Source: Acidobacteriaceae bacterium | Lineage (GTDB): Bacteria; Acidobacteriota; Terriglobia; Terriglobales; Acidobacteriaceae | Direction: 5' to 3' | Length of the DNA stretch: 64,000 nucleotides | Assembly (NCBI GenBank): GCA_003138975.1 | Contig: PLHQ01000088.1 | Location: 1,272-65,271, forward strand | Shown: in pieces, positions 40,945 through 51,582 of the stretch | How positions within the stretch are numbered: position 1 is the stretch's first letter | Layout: every line of letters begins with the position of its first letter | Translations under genes and position numbers: made by a program | The notes under the pieces: model-generated | Told to the model about the DNA's origin: nothing | Database searches by the model: none | Seen by the model: only the letters and a program-made list of their open reading frames with translations

Positions 40945-42402
40945 ATGGCCGCTCATAGCGAGTCTCTCGCGCCGACGAAGCGTTTGGACTCATGGAAAGA
41001 AATTGCTGCCTTCTTCGGCCGCGATGAGCGCACGGTTAAACGTTGGGAAAAAGAGCGCGGATTGCCCGTGTACAGGGTACCGGGAAGCGCTCGCGGCGGT
41101 GTCTTCGCTTACGCCGAAGAACTGGCGGAGTGGCTTAAAGCCCCGAATCATGCTCGCGAGGTCGCCGAACTTGGCGCGAAAACCCCTGCCGCAGATGATG
41201 GTCGAGACCGCGCATCTGCTGCGGAGTTGCTGACAATCAAGGTTGCTGCCGAGGTTCCGTCCGCTGATCCTGCTTTCGATTTCCTCCCGGCCGGAAGCAC
41301 ATCGAGGCTGGCCGCAGCCAAGTCTTTCCTGTGGCTTTTGCCTCTGCTCGTGATCACCGGCTCTTTTCTTGTTTTCTCCTTCGGCCATCGCGAGCCGCGG
41401 TTTAAGAATGCGCTCGCGGCGCCCCACGTGGCCGACGCCGAATCTCAGGATCTCTATTTGAAGGGCCGCTACTATTTCGAAAAGCGCACGCCTGACGATC
41501 TGAACAAGGCGGTGGATTTCTTTACCCAGGCAATCGTGCACGATCCGGCCTATCCGGCGCCCTATGTGGGACTGGCCGATACCTACAATCTGCTGCGGGA
41601 GTACAGCGCGATGCCTCCGCAGGAGGCATATCCGCGTGCTCGGGCGGCTGCCACCAAGGCGGTGGAACTGGATCCCAATTCCGCCGAGGCCCACAACTCT
41701 CTGGCCTTCGCCAGCTTTTGGGGATTCTTTGACACGGCCACGGCCGACCGCGAGTTCAAGCGGGCTATCGAACTGGACTCAACCTTACCCCGCGCTCATC
41801 ACTGGTACGCCACCTTCCTCATCGAAATTGGGCGTACTTCGGAAGCCCTGACTGAAATCGAGCGAGCCCGGCAGCTCAATCCTTCTTCAACTCCAATTCT
41901 CGCCGACAAAGGATTAATTCTCGTGGAAGCCGGGAAGAAAGAAGAGGCCAGGGCTCTGCTCACGCAACTCGCAGTTTCCCAGCCCGACTTTATTCATCCT
42001 CACCGATATCTGGCCGACATCTATTTTCAGGAAGGAAATTATTCGGGCTATTTCCAGCAGAAAAAGATTGTCGCGCGCTTGCGTCACGATGCGACCGCGC
42101 AAAAACAAATCGACGCGGAGGAAAAAGGCTACGATGGCGCCGGTCTTAGCGGACTGCTCCAGGCGCGGCTCCATACCGCTCAGGAATCCTTCGACCGGGG
42201 TCTTGGCTCCGCCTTTGATGTGGCCGATGCTCACGCGGCTTTAGGGCAGCAAGATGATGCCTTGAAATATCTCAATATCGCCTTTCAGCGGCACGATCTC
42301 TCGCTCGTTACGCTACCGCTCAACAGCGCGTTTCGACCGCTCCACCAGAACCAGGAGTTCCGCAACCTGGTAGCCAAAATCGGACTCCCACCGATCAATT
42401 GA
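40945..42402 (+). CDS. HTH-TM-TPR membrane-tethered regulator-like protein
   Basis: RLDSWKEIAAFFGRDERTVKRWEKERGLPV; TM helix; YLKGRY followed by TPRs. Confidence 0.8.
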   Translation: MAAHSESLAPTKRLDSWKEIAAFFGRDERTVKRWEKERGLPVYRVPGSARGGVFAYAEELAEWLKAPNHAREVAELGAKTPAADDGRDRASAAELLTIKVAAEVPSADPAFDFLPAGSTSRLAAAKSFLWLLPLLVITGSFLVFSFGHREPRFKNALAAPHVADAESQDLYLKGRYYFEKRTPDDLNKAVDFFTQAIVHDPAYPAPYVGLADTYNLLREYSAMPPQEAYPRARAAATKAVELDPNSAEAHNSLAFASFWGFFDTATADREFKRAIELDSTLPRAHHWYATFLIEIGRTSEALTEIERARQLNPSSTPILADKGLILVEAGKKEEARALLTQLAVSQPDFIHPHRYLADIYFQEGNYSGYFQQKKIVARLRHDATAQKQIDAEEKGYDGAGLSGLLQARLHTAQESFDRGLGSAFDVADAHAALGQQDDALKYLNIAFQRHDLSLVTLPLNSAFRPLHQNQEFRNLVAKIGLPPIN

Positions 42403-42445
42403 GGCCGTTGGCGTAGAACCTTCCTCTGTGTAAACTAACCTCGCG

Positions 42446-44149
42446 ATGAGATCCTTCCCCCGATCTACACCTGCGCGTACCTGCATTCTTTCGACGACGC
42501 TGGCTGTTCTCGTCCCGGTGCTCCTGTTGGCCTGGCTTCCAGCAAGTTTCGCCTCGGCCTACAATGCCCATCCCAAGCTGGTTGTGGTAATTGTCATCGA
42601 CCAGTTTCGCGGAGACTATCTGGAGCGCTATCGCGACAAGTTCGGCGAGGGCGGATTCCGCCAGCTCCTCGACCACGGCGCCAACTTCACCGACTGCAAT
42701 TACGATTATGCGAACACGCGCACTGCTCCCGGGCATGCGACGCTGTTTACCGGTGCCTACACCAACGGCCACGGCATCGCAGCGAATGAGTGGTGGGATC
42801 CGAAGAAGAAGCGCATGGTGACTTCGGTGGAGGACGACGATACCAAGCTCGTCGGCATGAACGGAGACGTCGGTGCAAACAAGGAGGGAGCATCCCCGCA
42901 TAACCTGCTCGCTGATACTCTTGGCGACGAACTCAAGCTCGCTACACAAGGACAGGCGCGAGTGTTTTCCGTTTCTTTGAAAGACCGGGCTGCCGTGCTC
43001 CCTGGCGGTTTCGCCGCGGACGCGGCTTATTGGATTGATCCGAAAAGCGGCGCGTGGATTACTTCTACCTACTATTTTCCTGACTTGCCCAAGTGGGCGC
43101 AGGATTTCAACTCCGGTAATCGGGCGGCAAAATATTGGGACCGTGATTGGAAGAATGCGAACGGAGACGTTTTGCGGTCAACCGCTCATCGTAAGGGTAA
43201 AGACGGATCCGATGCGGGTTTCTACGAAGTGATCGGATCCACACCCTTCGCCAACGAGTATGAACTGGAATTCGCCAAGCAGTTAGTCGTTTATGAAAAT
43301 CTAGGCGCCGGGCAGGCTACCGACCTGCTCGCCATCAGCCTTTCCGCGAACGACATTCTCGGCCACCAGGTCGGTCCGGATTCCCCCGAGATGGCCGCCA
43401 TGGCGCTGGCGCTGGATCGGGAACTCGCCGACTTCTTCAATTTCCTCGGTCATCAGATCGGCCTCGCAAACGTCTGGATCGCACTGTCGGCCGACCACGG
43501 AGTTTCCGCTTTGCCCGATGCCGCGAAAAAGTTGCGCATACCCGCAGCGAACTTGGGCGCGGGTAGACTCGAAGCGCAAATCAACGAGGCGTTGACGGCG
43601 AAGTTTTCGCCGGGATATACAGTCTCCTACATAAAGCTCGACTATCCTGTTGCCTGGCTCAATCAGGACGCTTTCGGCACCGCTCACCTGAAAGAGCACG
43701 ACGCAGAAACCGCCGTAGGTGAGGCGATGAAGCAGGCCGGACTGCGTGACTACTTTAGCAAGTCACAACTCGCGGAAGGCGAAGTTCCCGATACCTCTCT
43801 CGGGAAGAAATTCCTGCATAGCTATTCTCCCGAAGGCAGCTGGTATGTGATGGGAGTGCCCGAGATCTACGCGGTCGGTTCAGCAACAGGCACAGACCAT
43901 GCGTCTCCCTATACCTACGACACGCATGTGCCGCTCGCTTTCTACGGACTTCCTTTTCGTCCGGGAACGTATCGCACACACGCGGAGCCAGTCGATCTGG
44001 CGGCTACGCTGGCATCGCTGCTCGGCATCAACGCTCCCACGCACTCTGTGGGACGCGTGTTGACCGAGGCGCTTGCCCCTCTGCATCAAGCAGAAAATGC
44101 CGCAGGATCTTCTACGGCGAGGTCAAACGGCGAGAGGGCTCCGCAGTGA
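42446..44149 (+). CDS. PafA-type alkaline phosphatase family protein
   Basis: VIDQFR, TAPGHAT, SLKDRAA, SADHG, YDTHVPL; signal peptide. Confidence 0.9.
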   Translation: MRSFPRSTPARTCILSTTLAVLVPVLLLAWLPASFASAYNAHPKLVVVIVIDQFRGDYLERYRDKFGEGGFRQLLDHGANFTDCNYDYANTRTAPGHATLFTGAYTNGHGIAANEWWDPKKKRMVTSVEDDDTKLVGMNGDVGANKEGASPHNLLADTLGDELKLATQGQARVFSVSLKDRAAVLPGGFAADAAYWIDPKSGAWITSTYYFPDLPKWAQDFNSGNRAAKYWDRDWKNANGDVLRSTAHRKGKDGSDAGFYEVIGSTPFANEYELEFAKQLVVYENLGAGQATDLLAISLSANDILGHQVGPDSPEMAAMALALDRELADFFNFLGHQIGLANVWIALSADHGVSALPDAAKKLRIPAANLGAGRLEAQINEALTAKFSPGYTVSYIKLDYPVAWLNQDAFGTAHLKEHDAETAVGEAMKQAGLRDYFSKSQLAEGEVPDTSLGKKFLHSYSPEGSWYVMGVPEIYAVGSATGTDHASPYTYDTHVPLAFYGLPFRPGTYRTHAEPVDLAATLASLLGINAPTHSVGRVLTEALAPLHQAENAAGSSTARSNGERAPQ

Positions 44150-45096
44150 CCCCCTCTTCCGAAATCGGTGGCAAACCTGGCCTGGATCTCAGCGTAACCT
44201 TCGCTGGCATTTCGCTGAAGAATCCGATCATTGCTGCCAGCGGGACTTTTGGCTACGGCGTGGAGTTCGAGGATGTTGTTCACCTCGACAAGCTGGGTGG
44301 ATTTGTCGTCAAAGGGCTCTCGCGGGAACCGATGATCGGCAATCCGCCACCGCGCCTTTGGGAAACCGCAGCCGGCATGCTCAACGCCATCGGTCTGCAG
44401 AACATCGGCGCAACAGCATTTCTCCAGGAGAAGTTGTCCCGGCTCCGGCAGATCAAGAACATCGTAATTTTCGCCAACGTCTTTGGCTACAGCCGCGAGG
44501 ACTACGAAAGAACCATCGAGATCCTCAACGATGGCGAAGGCATTGCCGCTTACGAACTAAACGTCTCCTGCCCGAACACAGCCCACGGCGGTCTGCAGTT
44601 CGGCGGCGATCCGCGTTCCCTGGACGAAGTGGTGACCACGGCGAAACGCGTTGCGCAACGCCCTCTGATCGTCAAGCTTTCACCCAACGTAACCAGCATC
44701 GCGCAAATGGCCCACATCGCGCAGGAGGCAGGCGCAGACGCCATCTCTCTGATCAACACTTTCGTGGCCATGGCCATCGACCCTGACACACGCAAGCCGC
44801 GTATCGCTAACGTGACTGCTGGACTTTCTGGCCCAGCCATCAAACCTATTGCGCTACGAATGGTCTACGATGCTGCGCACGCCGTAAACATTCCGGTGAT
44901 TGGCATGGGAGGCATATCGACCGCAGCCGATGTCGTGGAGTTCATGCTGGCAGGCGCAACCGCCGTGCAGATCGGCACGGCCAGCTATTGGGATCCCTGT
45001 GCCACCGAGAAAATCGTGGATGACCTGCAGCGCTGGTGCGACAACCGCGGCGTCACGCGTCTGGCAGATCTGACTGGCGGACTGATCGTGGAGTAG
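44146..45096 (+). CDS. pyrD: Dihydroorotate dehydrogenase (family 1)
   Basis: ASGTFG, NAIGLQN, NVSCPN, VKLSPN, GLSGPAIKP. Confidence 0.95.
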   Translation: MTPSSEIGGKPGLDLSVTFAGISLKNPIIAASGTFGYGVEFEDVVHLDKLGGFVVKGLSREPMIGNPPPRLWETAAGMLNAIGLQNIGATAFLQEKLSRLRQIKNIVIFANVFGYSREDYERTIEILNDGEGIAAYELNVSCPNTAHGGLQFGGDPRSLDEVVTTAKRVAQRPLIVKLSPNVTSIAQMAHIAQEAGADAISLINTFVAMAIDPDTRKPRIANVTAGLSGPAIKPIALRMVYDAAHAVNIPVIGMGGISTAADVVEFMLAGATAVQIGTASYWDPCATEKIVDDLQRWCDNRGVTRLADLTGGLIVE

Positions 45097-45119
45097 AGAA
45101 GAGAAGAGAAGAGAAACCT

Positions 45120-46448
45120 TTAGCGACCGCGAGCGTACCAGATCGAGCCCGGAGACTTGTAGTTGCGTCCTTCGCCCCAAACCACGTGTGTGGTTCCCAG
45201 GTTATCGATGGCGATTGAGAAGTAGTCGCCGAAAGGAAAGCGGAAGCCCTCGGGCAGGATGTAGTCGTAGCCACGCGCCGGGCCGGAGAGCTGTGCTTCC
45301 GGCGACCAGGTTGCGCCGCCGTTACTCGAACTGCGCTGGAAAACATTCCACAAAGGCTGGTTTGGCAGAGGATGGCTGCGCGTGTCCATCCATGCGATGC
45401 GGACATCGCCGCCCGCGCCTGCCGTAATCGCGGGAAAGCAGAGTTCTGCCGAGCCGTCCGCGGAAGAGACATCCGCCCTGGCGGACCAACTTGTGCCGCC
45501 AGTGGTGGAAGATGAAAAGTACATGCGCTCGGGTCCGCCGTTCGTGGTGCCGGCGTTCCACAAGGTATAGAGAGTTCCCGCCGCATCGGATGCCAGCCCA
45601 ATTTGCGCTCCCAGGTAGCCGTCCTCGCAACCTTCGGCCGCACAGTCCGGTGGCGCGCTTGAAGTGTCCAGCAGCACTGTGTTCCACGTACGTCCCGTGT
45701 CTGCCGATCGGCTCACGTAGAGGCTGACCGGGCGAGTGCTGGATTCCTGCCGCGCGTAGGCCGTCCAGGAAAAATAGACCGCCCCAGTTGGATCGACTGT
45801 GGCGCCACCAGCCAGCGACGATCCCGACCCAGCATTCGGATTCACGATCGCAGAAGAGAAATTCTGGGCATAGTCATGCGATGCGGCGACAAGAAAGTTC
45901 TGCTCGTGATTGAATCCCACGTAGACGTCGGGGCCGTGCACCGCCAGCACAGGCTTGTCCGCATCATCGGGCGAGCGCTCGGCCACCGTCAAATACCAGG
46001 AGCGCCCGTAGTCCTGCGAACGCGCCACCATCACATCGCGTTTATTGTTCTGCAGCCAGGAGGCATACACCGTCTGCCGGTCGGCGGGATCCACTACGAT
46101 CTGCGGATCAAACTGACCGGTCGACGAAGCCACCAGCGGATGAGGCGCCTCCCACGACAATCCATTGTCATTGCTGACCAGCAGCGACATAGTCGGGACA
46201 GTGCACGCCGGGCAGTCGCTTACCACACCATACTGAGGAAATAAAATATAGATGTGTCCATGCCCATCGGCTGCCAGCGCAGGTTCCCATTGATCGCCAG
46301 TAGCGTAGCCGACGCGACGCTGCGGACTAAAATTCGGCGCGGCCAGCGCGAACTGTGCCGTTGCCAGCGCCAAAAGCATCCAGAAGACAAACTTCTGCAC
46401 CGTCCTGGCGCGGCTGGATTTCAAAACCACAGACTTCTCCTGGAACAA
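45120..46448 (-). CDS. Secreted sialidase-like/BNR (Asp-box) repeat protein
   Basis: SNDNGLSW, SQDYGRSW, SADTGRTW, SSNGGATW; GDY; start uncertain. Confidence 0.78.
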   Translation of the reverse strand: MFQEKSVVLKSSRARTVQKFVFWMLLALATAQFALAAPNFSPQRRVGYATGDQWEPALAADGHGHIYILFPQYGVVSDCPACTVPTMSLLVSNDNGLSWEAPHPLVASSTGQFDPQIVVDPADRQTVYASWLQNNKRDVMVARSQDYGRSWYLTVAERSPDDADKPVLAVHGPDVYVGFNHEQNFLVAASHDYAQNFSSAIVNPNAGSGSSLAGGATVDPTGAVYFSWTAYARQESSTRPVSLYVSRSADTGRTWNTVLLDTSSAPPDCAAEGCEDGYLGAQIGLASDAAGTLYTLWNAGTTNGGPERMYFSSSTTGGTSWSARADVSSADGSAELCFPAITAGAGGDVRIAWMDTRSHPLPNQPLWNVFQRSSSNGGATWSPEAQLSGPARGYDYILPEGFRFPFGDYFSIAIDNLGTTHVVWGEGRNYKSPGSIWYARGR

Positions 46449-46640
46449 CTCCTGCGGATAACCGTGCCCGCACTTTATCTTGAATTCTTCCGCAGCGTCA
46501 ATTACCCGAAGGGGCCATGAACGGTTTCGAGAGCGTGACTTTCCCGCGACTTCGTCATCTAATATCTACCTAATAGATAGTCTGTTACATGCATGTGAAA
46601 ATTCGGGGAATCGATCCCCAGCGCAGGAGTGATCTTTAAG

Positions 46641-47117
46641 ATGCAGAAAGCCACATTCGCAGCGGGATGTTTCTGGGGAGTCGAAGCCACTTTCCGGCAG
46701 ATGCCGGGAGTGCTGTCCACACGCGTCGGCTACATCGGCGGAAGCTCCGACAACCCCACCTACAAAGAGGTTTGCACCGATCGCACCGGCCATGCCGAGG
46801 CGGTCGAAGTCGAATTCGATCCGGCCAAGGTCCGCTATGAGGATCTGCTGAAAGTCTTCTGGGAGAACCACGACCCCACGCAGCTCAACCGCCAGGGACC
46901 AGACTGGGGCACGCAATACCGCTCCGCCATCTTCTTCCACACGCCCGAGCAGCAGGCAGCTGCTCAAGCCTCGAAGGAATCGCTGGAGAAAGCCCGCCGC
47001 TACTCCAAACCGATCGTCACGCAGATCGTTCCCGCAGTGACGTTCTATCCCGCCGAGGACTACCACCAGCAGTATCTGGAGAAGCGTGGCTTGGCAAGCT
47101 GCCACATTAAGGCGTAG
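46641..47117 (+). CDS. msrA: Cytoplasmic methionine-S-sulfoxide reductase
   Basis: [21 protein letters not shown]; no signal peptide. Confidence 0.96.
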   Translation: MQKATFAAGCFWGVEATFRQMPGVLSTRVGYIGGSSDNPTYKEVCTDRTGHAEAVEVEFDPAKVRYEDLLKVFWENHDPTQLNRQGPDWGTQYRSAIFFHTPEQQAAAQASKESLEKARRYSKPIVTQIVPAVTFYPAEDYHQQYLEKRGLASCHIKA

Positions 47118-47195
47118 AGGACGAGGGGGGTTCTTGGCGGCGCGGCGTCTCACGCATCTGCGACACGCGACTCCAGTTGGGAGAAAGGACTTTGG

Positions 47196-48362
47196 ATGCG
47201 CATGCCAAGGCTTCGCAAAGGCGGGTACCTGCTCGCTTGCACGGCAGTGATCTTGTGCACGTTGGCGACAGCACAAGCGGGAACCAAGAGGATCGTTGGC
47301 TACTATTACGGGAAGGGTCGGCCGGGTTACCAGTTTTCTCAAGTGCCGGTTCAAGAATTAACTCACCTGATTTATTCGCGGGCGAGTCCGACTGCTCGCG
47401 GCAATTGCGAAGTTGCTCACCCGGACGTGGATGTACCTAACCTACTGGCGCTGAAGGTGTTGAGGGCTAAGAATGCGCGCCTATTGGTCCTGCTTTCAGT
47501 TGGAGGGTGGAGCGGCTCAACATATTTTTCCGATGTCGCCGCCACCCCTTCGGCGAGAAAGAAGTTTTCCGCATCCTGTCTCGAAATTGTCTCGAAATAC
47601 GGCCTCGATGGACTGGACATTGATTGGGAATACCCGGTTACCGGGGGGAAGCGAACCGATCACAAGCGAAAAAGTGACAAGGGAAATTTCGTTCTCCTTC
47701 TGAGGCAGATGCGTAGTGATCTGGATGCGTTCGACCACGGACGCCGCTTGCTGCTTACCGTCGCCTCCACTGGCTACCGAAATCACTTAAATGATCTGTC
47801 GCTGAGAGAGATGTCTGACGTTCTGGACTGGTTTAATCTCATGGGCTACGACTTCAATGAGATGCAATCGAAGCGTACATCTCATCACAGTGGCCTTTTT
47901 GCGTGGTCCGCCAATTCAAAGCTCGACGCGGACGCGGTCAAGTACGCAAATTCTGATGCTGCTGTGCAATGGTACTTAGATCAAGGTGTCCCGGCTGAAA
48001 AGATTGTTTTGGGCGTGCCGTTTTATGGACAAATTTGGGCCAACGTTCCTGACATGAACGACGGACTGTATGAACCGTACAGAGGCAGACCGGGAGAAGA
48101 AGGCACCTTGAGCTACCGAGAAATTGAGCGAGACTATCTTCCCTCTTACACTCGACATTGGGACGATCAAGTCAAAGTGCCATGGCTATACAAGAAAGAG
48201 ACGAAAGTCATGATCAGCTACGATGACTCAGAATCGATAGCCGTGAAGGCGAGATATGTAATTCAGAAAAACCTTGGAGGAATGATGTTTTGGGACCTTG
48301 GTCAGGACGACAGCAGATCGGCTCTTCTTGACGCGATCCATACGGAACTTGGCGGGAATTGA
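47196..48362 (+). CDS. GH18 chitinase-like glycoside hydrolase, secreted
   Basis: SVGGW, DGLDIDWEYP, MGYD, GVPFYG, MFWD. Confidence 0.93.
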   Translation: MRMPRLRKGGYLLACTAVILCTLATAQAGTKRIVGYYYGKGRPGYQFSQVPVQELTHLIYSRASPTARGNCEVAHPDVDVPNLLALKVLRAKNARLLVLLSVGGWSGSTYFSDVAATPSARKKFSASCLEIVSKYGLDGLDIDWEYPVTGGKRTDHKRKSDKGNFVLLLRQMRSDLDAFDHGRRLLLTVASTGYRNHLNDLSLREMSDVLDWFNLMGYDFNEMQSKRTSHHSGLFAWSANSKLDADAVKYANSDAAVQWYLDQGVPAEKIVLGVPFYGQIWANVPDMNDGLYEPYRGRPGEEGTLSYREIERDYLPSYTRHWDDQVKVPWLYKKETKVMISYDDSESIAVKARYVIQKNLGGMMFWDLGQDDSRSALLDAIHTELGGN

Positions 48363-48449
48363 TTCCTTGAGCGGATAGTCGTCAACTCAGAAACCACGGC
48401 GTATTTACACCAGTAAGCGCTGAAGACTGGTTGTGCGTGAGATGGCGTT

Positions 48450-49193
48450 CTACGCCGCCGTCAACACCATTGGCGCACCCTTCGTGATCACCAGTGTGTG
48501 CTCGTAGTGCGCCGAAGGCCTGTGATCCGCCGTGACGACCGTCCACTTATCCGGCGCGACGAATGCCCGGCCCGATCCCGCCGCAATAATCGGTTCGACA
48601 GTGATCACCAAACCTTCCGTGAGGACGTACGTAGCATCGGGATCAGCATAGTTCGGCACTCGCGGTTCTTCATGAATCGTGCGCCCGATGCCGTGCCCTC
48701 CCAGATCGCGAATCACGGAAAATCCGCAGCGCCTCACCTCGCGCTCCACGGCTCGGCCAATCTCCGAAACCCGAAAGCCGGCTCGCGCCACCAGCATTGC
48801 CTTCGCGAAGGCCCGTTCCGCGCACGCGATCAGGCGTTGGCGCTCTTCCGTTACTTCACCCACTGGAACGGTCACAGCAGCATCCGCCATGAATCCGTCT
48901 TTCTCTACGGTGACATCGAGCTTGACCAAATCGCCCGTCTGCAGCGCGCGTTGGCCCGGAACGCCATGCACTGCCTCGTCGTTGACGCTGATGCAGTTCA
49001 CCCCAGGAAATTTGTAAACCAGTGCCGGAGCGGATCGCGCCCCGTGCTGCCTCATCACGCCCGCGCCCACCTCGTCCAACTCGGCCGTCGTGATTCCCAC
49101 GCGCACTGCACTTTTCATGGCGCTCAGCATAAAGCGCACCACGGCGCCAGCAGCGCGCATCCCGGCGAGTTCTTCCGGCCCGTTGATGGACAT
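48450..49193 (-). CDS. map: Type I methionine aminopeptidase
   Basis: SVNDEAVHG, GHGIG..IHEEP, EP, HYEHT. Confidence 0.95.
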   Translation of the reverse strand: MSINGPEELAGMRAAGAVVRFMLSAMKSAVRVGITTAELDEVGAGVMRQHGARSAPALVYKFPGVNCISVNDEAVHGVPGQRALQTGDLVKLDVTVEKDGFMADAAVTVPVGEVTEERQRLIACAERAFAKAMLVARAGFRVSEIGRAVEREVRRCGFSVIRDLGGHGIGRTIHEEPRVPNYADPDATYVLTEGLVITVEPIIAAGSGRAFVAPDKWTVVTADHRPSAHYEHTLVITKGAPMVLTAA

Positions 49194-49230
49194 GAAACCA
49201 CCTCAAGGACATGATATCTCGGACTGTGCT

Positions 49231-49641
49231 TCAGGCAGCAGCAGGTTCCTTCGGGCCAAAAAAGAAAAGCAGCACAAACCCGCCAATATAAAAAGGCAGG
49301 CTCTGCTGAAAATTGCAGCCCATGAAGCGCAAGATCAGGCCGAATAAAGCCAAAGCTTCGCTTAACGCGTAGGTCGCCAGATAACCACTTTTCCAATGCC
49401 CCAACGCGAGCGCATCATCAGGATGAGACGCCAGACTTTCCGCGGAACGGAGTACCAGCGTGCGCCTCACCACGAAAATCATTCCGACGATGGCCACGCC
49501 CAAGGTTGTGAAAACATAGCTGAGGGAAGGATCGACGGCTCTCGCCGTGTGACGAAACACTTCCCCCAGAACCGCATACAGTGCGATGCTACCCAACATC
49601 GCCCACTGCACGATTCGCAACCCCTTTAAGGCAACAACCAT
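49231..49641 (-). CDS. Hypothetical 4-TM membrane protein
   Basis: Four hydrophobic segments. Confidence 0.65.
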   Translation of the reverse strand: MVVALKGLRIVQWAMLGSIALYAVLGEVFRHTARAVDPSLSYVFTTLGVAIVGMIFVVRRTLVLRSAESLASHPDDALALGHWKSGYLATYALSEALALFGLILRFMGCNFQQSLPFYIGGFVLLFFFGPKEPAAA

Positions 49642-49779
49642 AGCGCTAGCTATTCTGCCGCAGGTCTCCCGATGAATTGAGGAATTTCTTCAAGGAAGAA
49701 TCCGGCTAGGCACTATGAACCGCAGTGCCTGGCGATAGTATCCCGACGCTCAATTCCGGACGCGGACTCGCCCAATCGA

Positions 49780-50223
49780 CTACGTCCCGGTAATCTTCAC
49801 GCGGAGTTCTTCCGGCAGGCGTTCGCGAATCTCAGGAGGCAGGCGGTCGTGTACGCGGCGCGCGCCCTCCTTGGCCGCATCCAGCACGGTGACGGGCGCA
49901 GGCGTGGCCACCGCGACCACCAGCCAGATCAGCGCCGACAAGGCAAATCCTGCCAGTGCCGCAATCTCCAGCCAAAACGCGTGCCGCGGACCAAAATGGC
50001 GGATCACTCCAAAGGCCAGCAGAAACACTCCGCCCGAAATCGAAGCCAGCGCGATCAGGCCTACATCAATGACGCGGTTCATGCGCTGTCGGCTGCGGCA
50101 CCGTTCGCACCCCGCAAAGTGGCTTTCGTAGTCCTCACGCATCTCCGGCGCCAGGCCGGAAATGTCGTACCGCCAGCCTGCCAGGATCTTGCCCACAATT
50201 GGATCAATGCACTGCTGACTCAT
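49780..50223 (-). CDS. Zinc-finger (HxxxCxxC) membrane protein
   Basis: HFAGCERC followed by two TM helices. Confidence 0.7.
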   Translation of the reverse strand: MSQQCIDPIVGKILAGWRYDISGLAPEMREDYESHFAGCERCRSRQRMNRVIDVGLIALASISGGVFLLAFGVIRHFGPRHAFWLEIAALAGFALSALIWLVVAVATPAPVTVLDAAKEGARRVHDRLPPEIRERLPEELRVKITGT

Positions 50224-50244
50224 AAGTAACTGCAGTCGGAGCCA

Positions 50245-51048
50245 CTACAGCTGGATCGGCGGCAGGATCTCGGACTGCACCGCCACCAGCACGCGGTTGT
50301 GAAACAAGCCCCCGCGCTGCGCCAACGCCTTTTCGGCCTCTCTTCGCGCTATTTCCGGATGATTGTTCTGCTCAGAGAGATGCGCCAGCACCACAAAAGC
50401 CGCATTATTATCATAGTCGTTAGTGAAGAAATCTGCGAGTTTCTCGTTCGAGAGATGCCCCACATTGCTCGCGACCCGCTGCTTCACCGTCCACGGATAG
50501 GGCCCTCCGCGCAGCATTTCCACATCATGATTGGACTCCATGATCAGCACGTCAGAGCCGCGCAGGTGGTCGCGAACATTGACCGGCAGGTATCCCAGAT
50601 CGGTGGCCACGCTCACCTTGGTGCCTTCTACGCGGAACGTGAAGCCGACTGGATCGGCGGCATCGTGCGGGATGGTGAATGGCTTCACCTCGATATCGCC
50701 AACCTGAAAGCGGTGCCCCGATTCGAAGCGCTCGAGTTTCTCCAGTTGCGGCCGCTCGCCGTTTTCATTGCGCAGAGCCCGCGCCCATGCCGCGTGCGTT
50801 GCTCCCGTCATGAAAACCGGGATGCGCAACTTCTTCGCCAGCGTTACTAAACCGTAGACGTGATCGGAATGTTCATGGGTAATCAGAATTGCCGACAGCG
50901 CCTGCGGATCTTCGCCCAGCGACTTCATCCGCTTGAAGGTCTCGCGGCAGGAAATCCCGGCATCGACCAGAATCTTCGTCCGCGCGGTGGCCACGAACGT
51001 ACAATTCCCCCGGCTCCCGCTGGCCAGCATCGAGACAGTCACACCCAT
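50245..51048 (-). CDS. MBL-fold metallo-hydrolase (YycJ/WalJ-like)
   Basis: SGSRGN, THEHSDH, HDAADP, ESNHD, HLSN, HLSEQNN. Confidence 0.9.
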   Translation of the reverse strand: MGVTVSMLASGSRGNCTFVATARTKILVDAGISCRETFKRMKSLGEDPQALSAILITHEHSDHVYGLVTLAKKLRIPVFMTGATHAAWARALRNENGERPQLEKLERFESGHRFQVGDIEVKPFTIPHDAADPVGFTFRVEGTKVSVATDLGYLPVNVRDHLRGSDVLIMESNHDVEMLRGGPYPWTVKQRVASNVGHLSNEKLADFFTNDYDNNAAFVVLAHLSEQNNHPEIARREAEKALAQRGGLFHNRVLVAVQSEILPPIQL

Positions 51049-51181
51049 GTTCGCAGCATACGCGACCATCCTGTGGAACCGGGAGTAACTTCTTGATTAT
51101 CCGCTACCTTGGGAGCGACCCACTGGGACTGCTCCCAGAACGGTAAGCTGGAAACCGGAATCTGAGAACTGAAAACTGCCC

Positions 51182-51547
51182 TTACTTCCCTTGCCGCAGA
51201 TTATCAATCACTCCCCGCATCAGCGACCCGCCATAAGCCCCTGCAATGCCCGGCAACGCCGTGAGAAACGATCCGTAGACTTGGCCACGCGTAGGCTGTA
51301 CGGTCAGAATTGTATAGGCCGCCAATTCGGCCAATGGGATGAAGACCACGACCACCACCACCCACCTCCAAGGCCAGCGCGGCCGCAGCAACCCCAACAG
51401 CATGCATGCCGCCAGCACCAGTAGTGCCGTGAAAAGCAGGTCATTGACGGCGACGTCCACCCACCCCGTGCCCATACCAGCGAGAGCCGCGAGCATGTAA
51501 TAGGACGCATCGCTTCGAACTCGCGGCGAAACTACTTCAGTGGTCAT
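51182..51547 (-). CDS. Hypothetical membrane protein
   Basis: 121 aa, about 4 TM helices. Confidence 0.65.
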   Translation of the reverse strand: MTTEVVSPRVRSDASYYMLAALAGMGTGWVDVAVNDLLFTALLVLAACMLLGLLRPRWPWRWVVVVVVFIPLAELAAYTILTVQPTRGQVYGSFLTALPGIAGAYGGSLMRGVIDNLRQGK

Positions 51548-51582
51548 TCGATCAAACGCTCTTTCAATCGGCGATAGAGTTT

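Noticed and set aside
45095..45116. (GAGAA)4 microsatellite as a phase-variation switch
   Set aside because: It lies between convergent stop codons, so it cannot alter a frame or promoter
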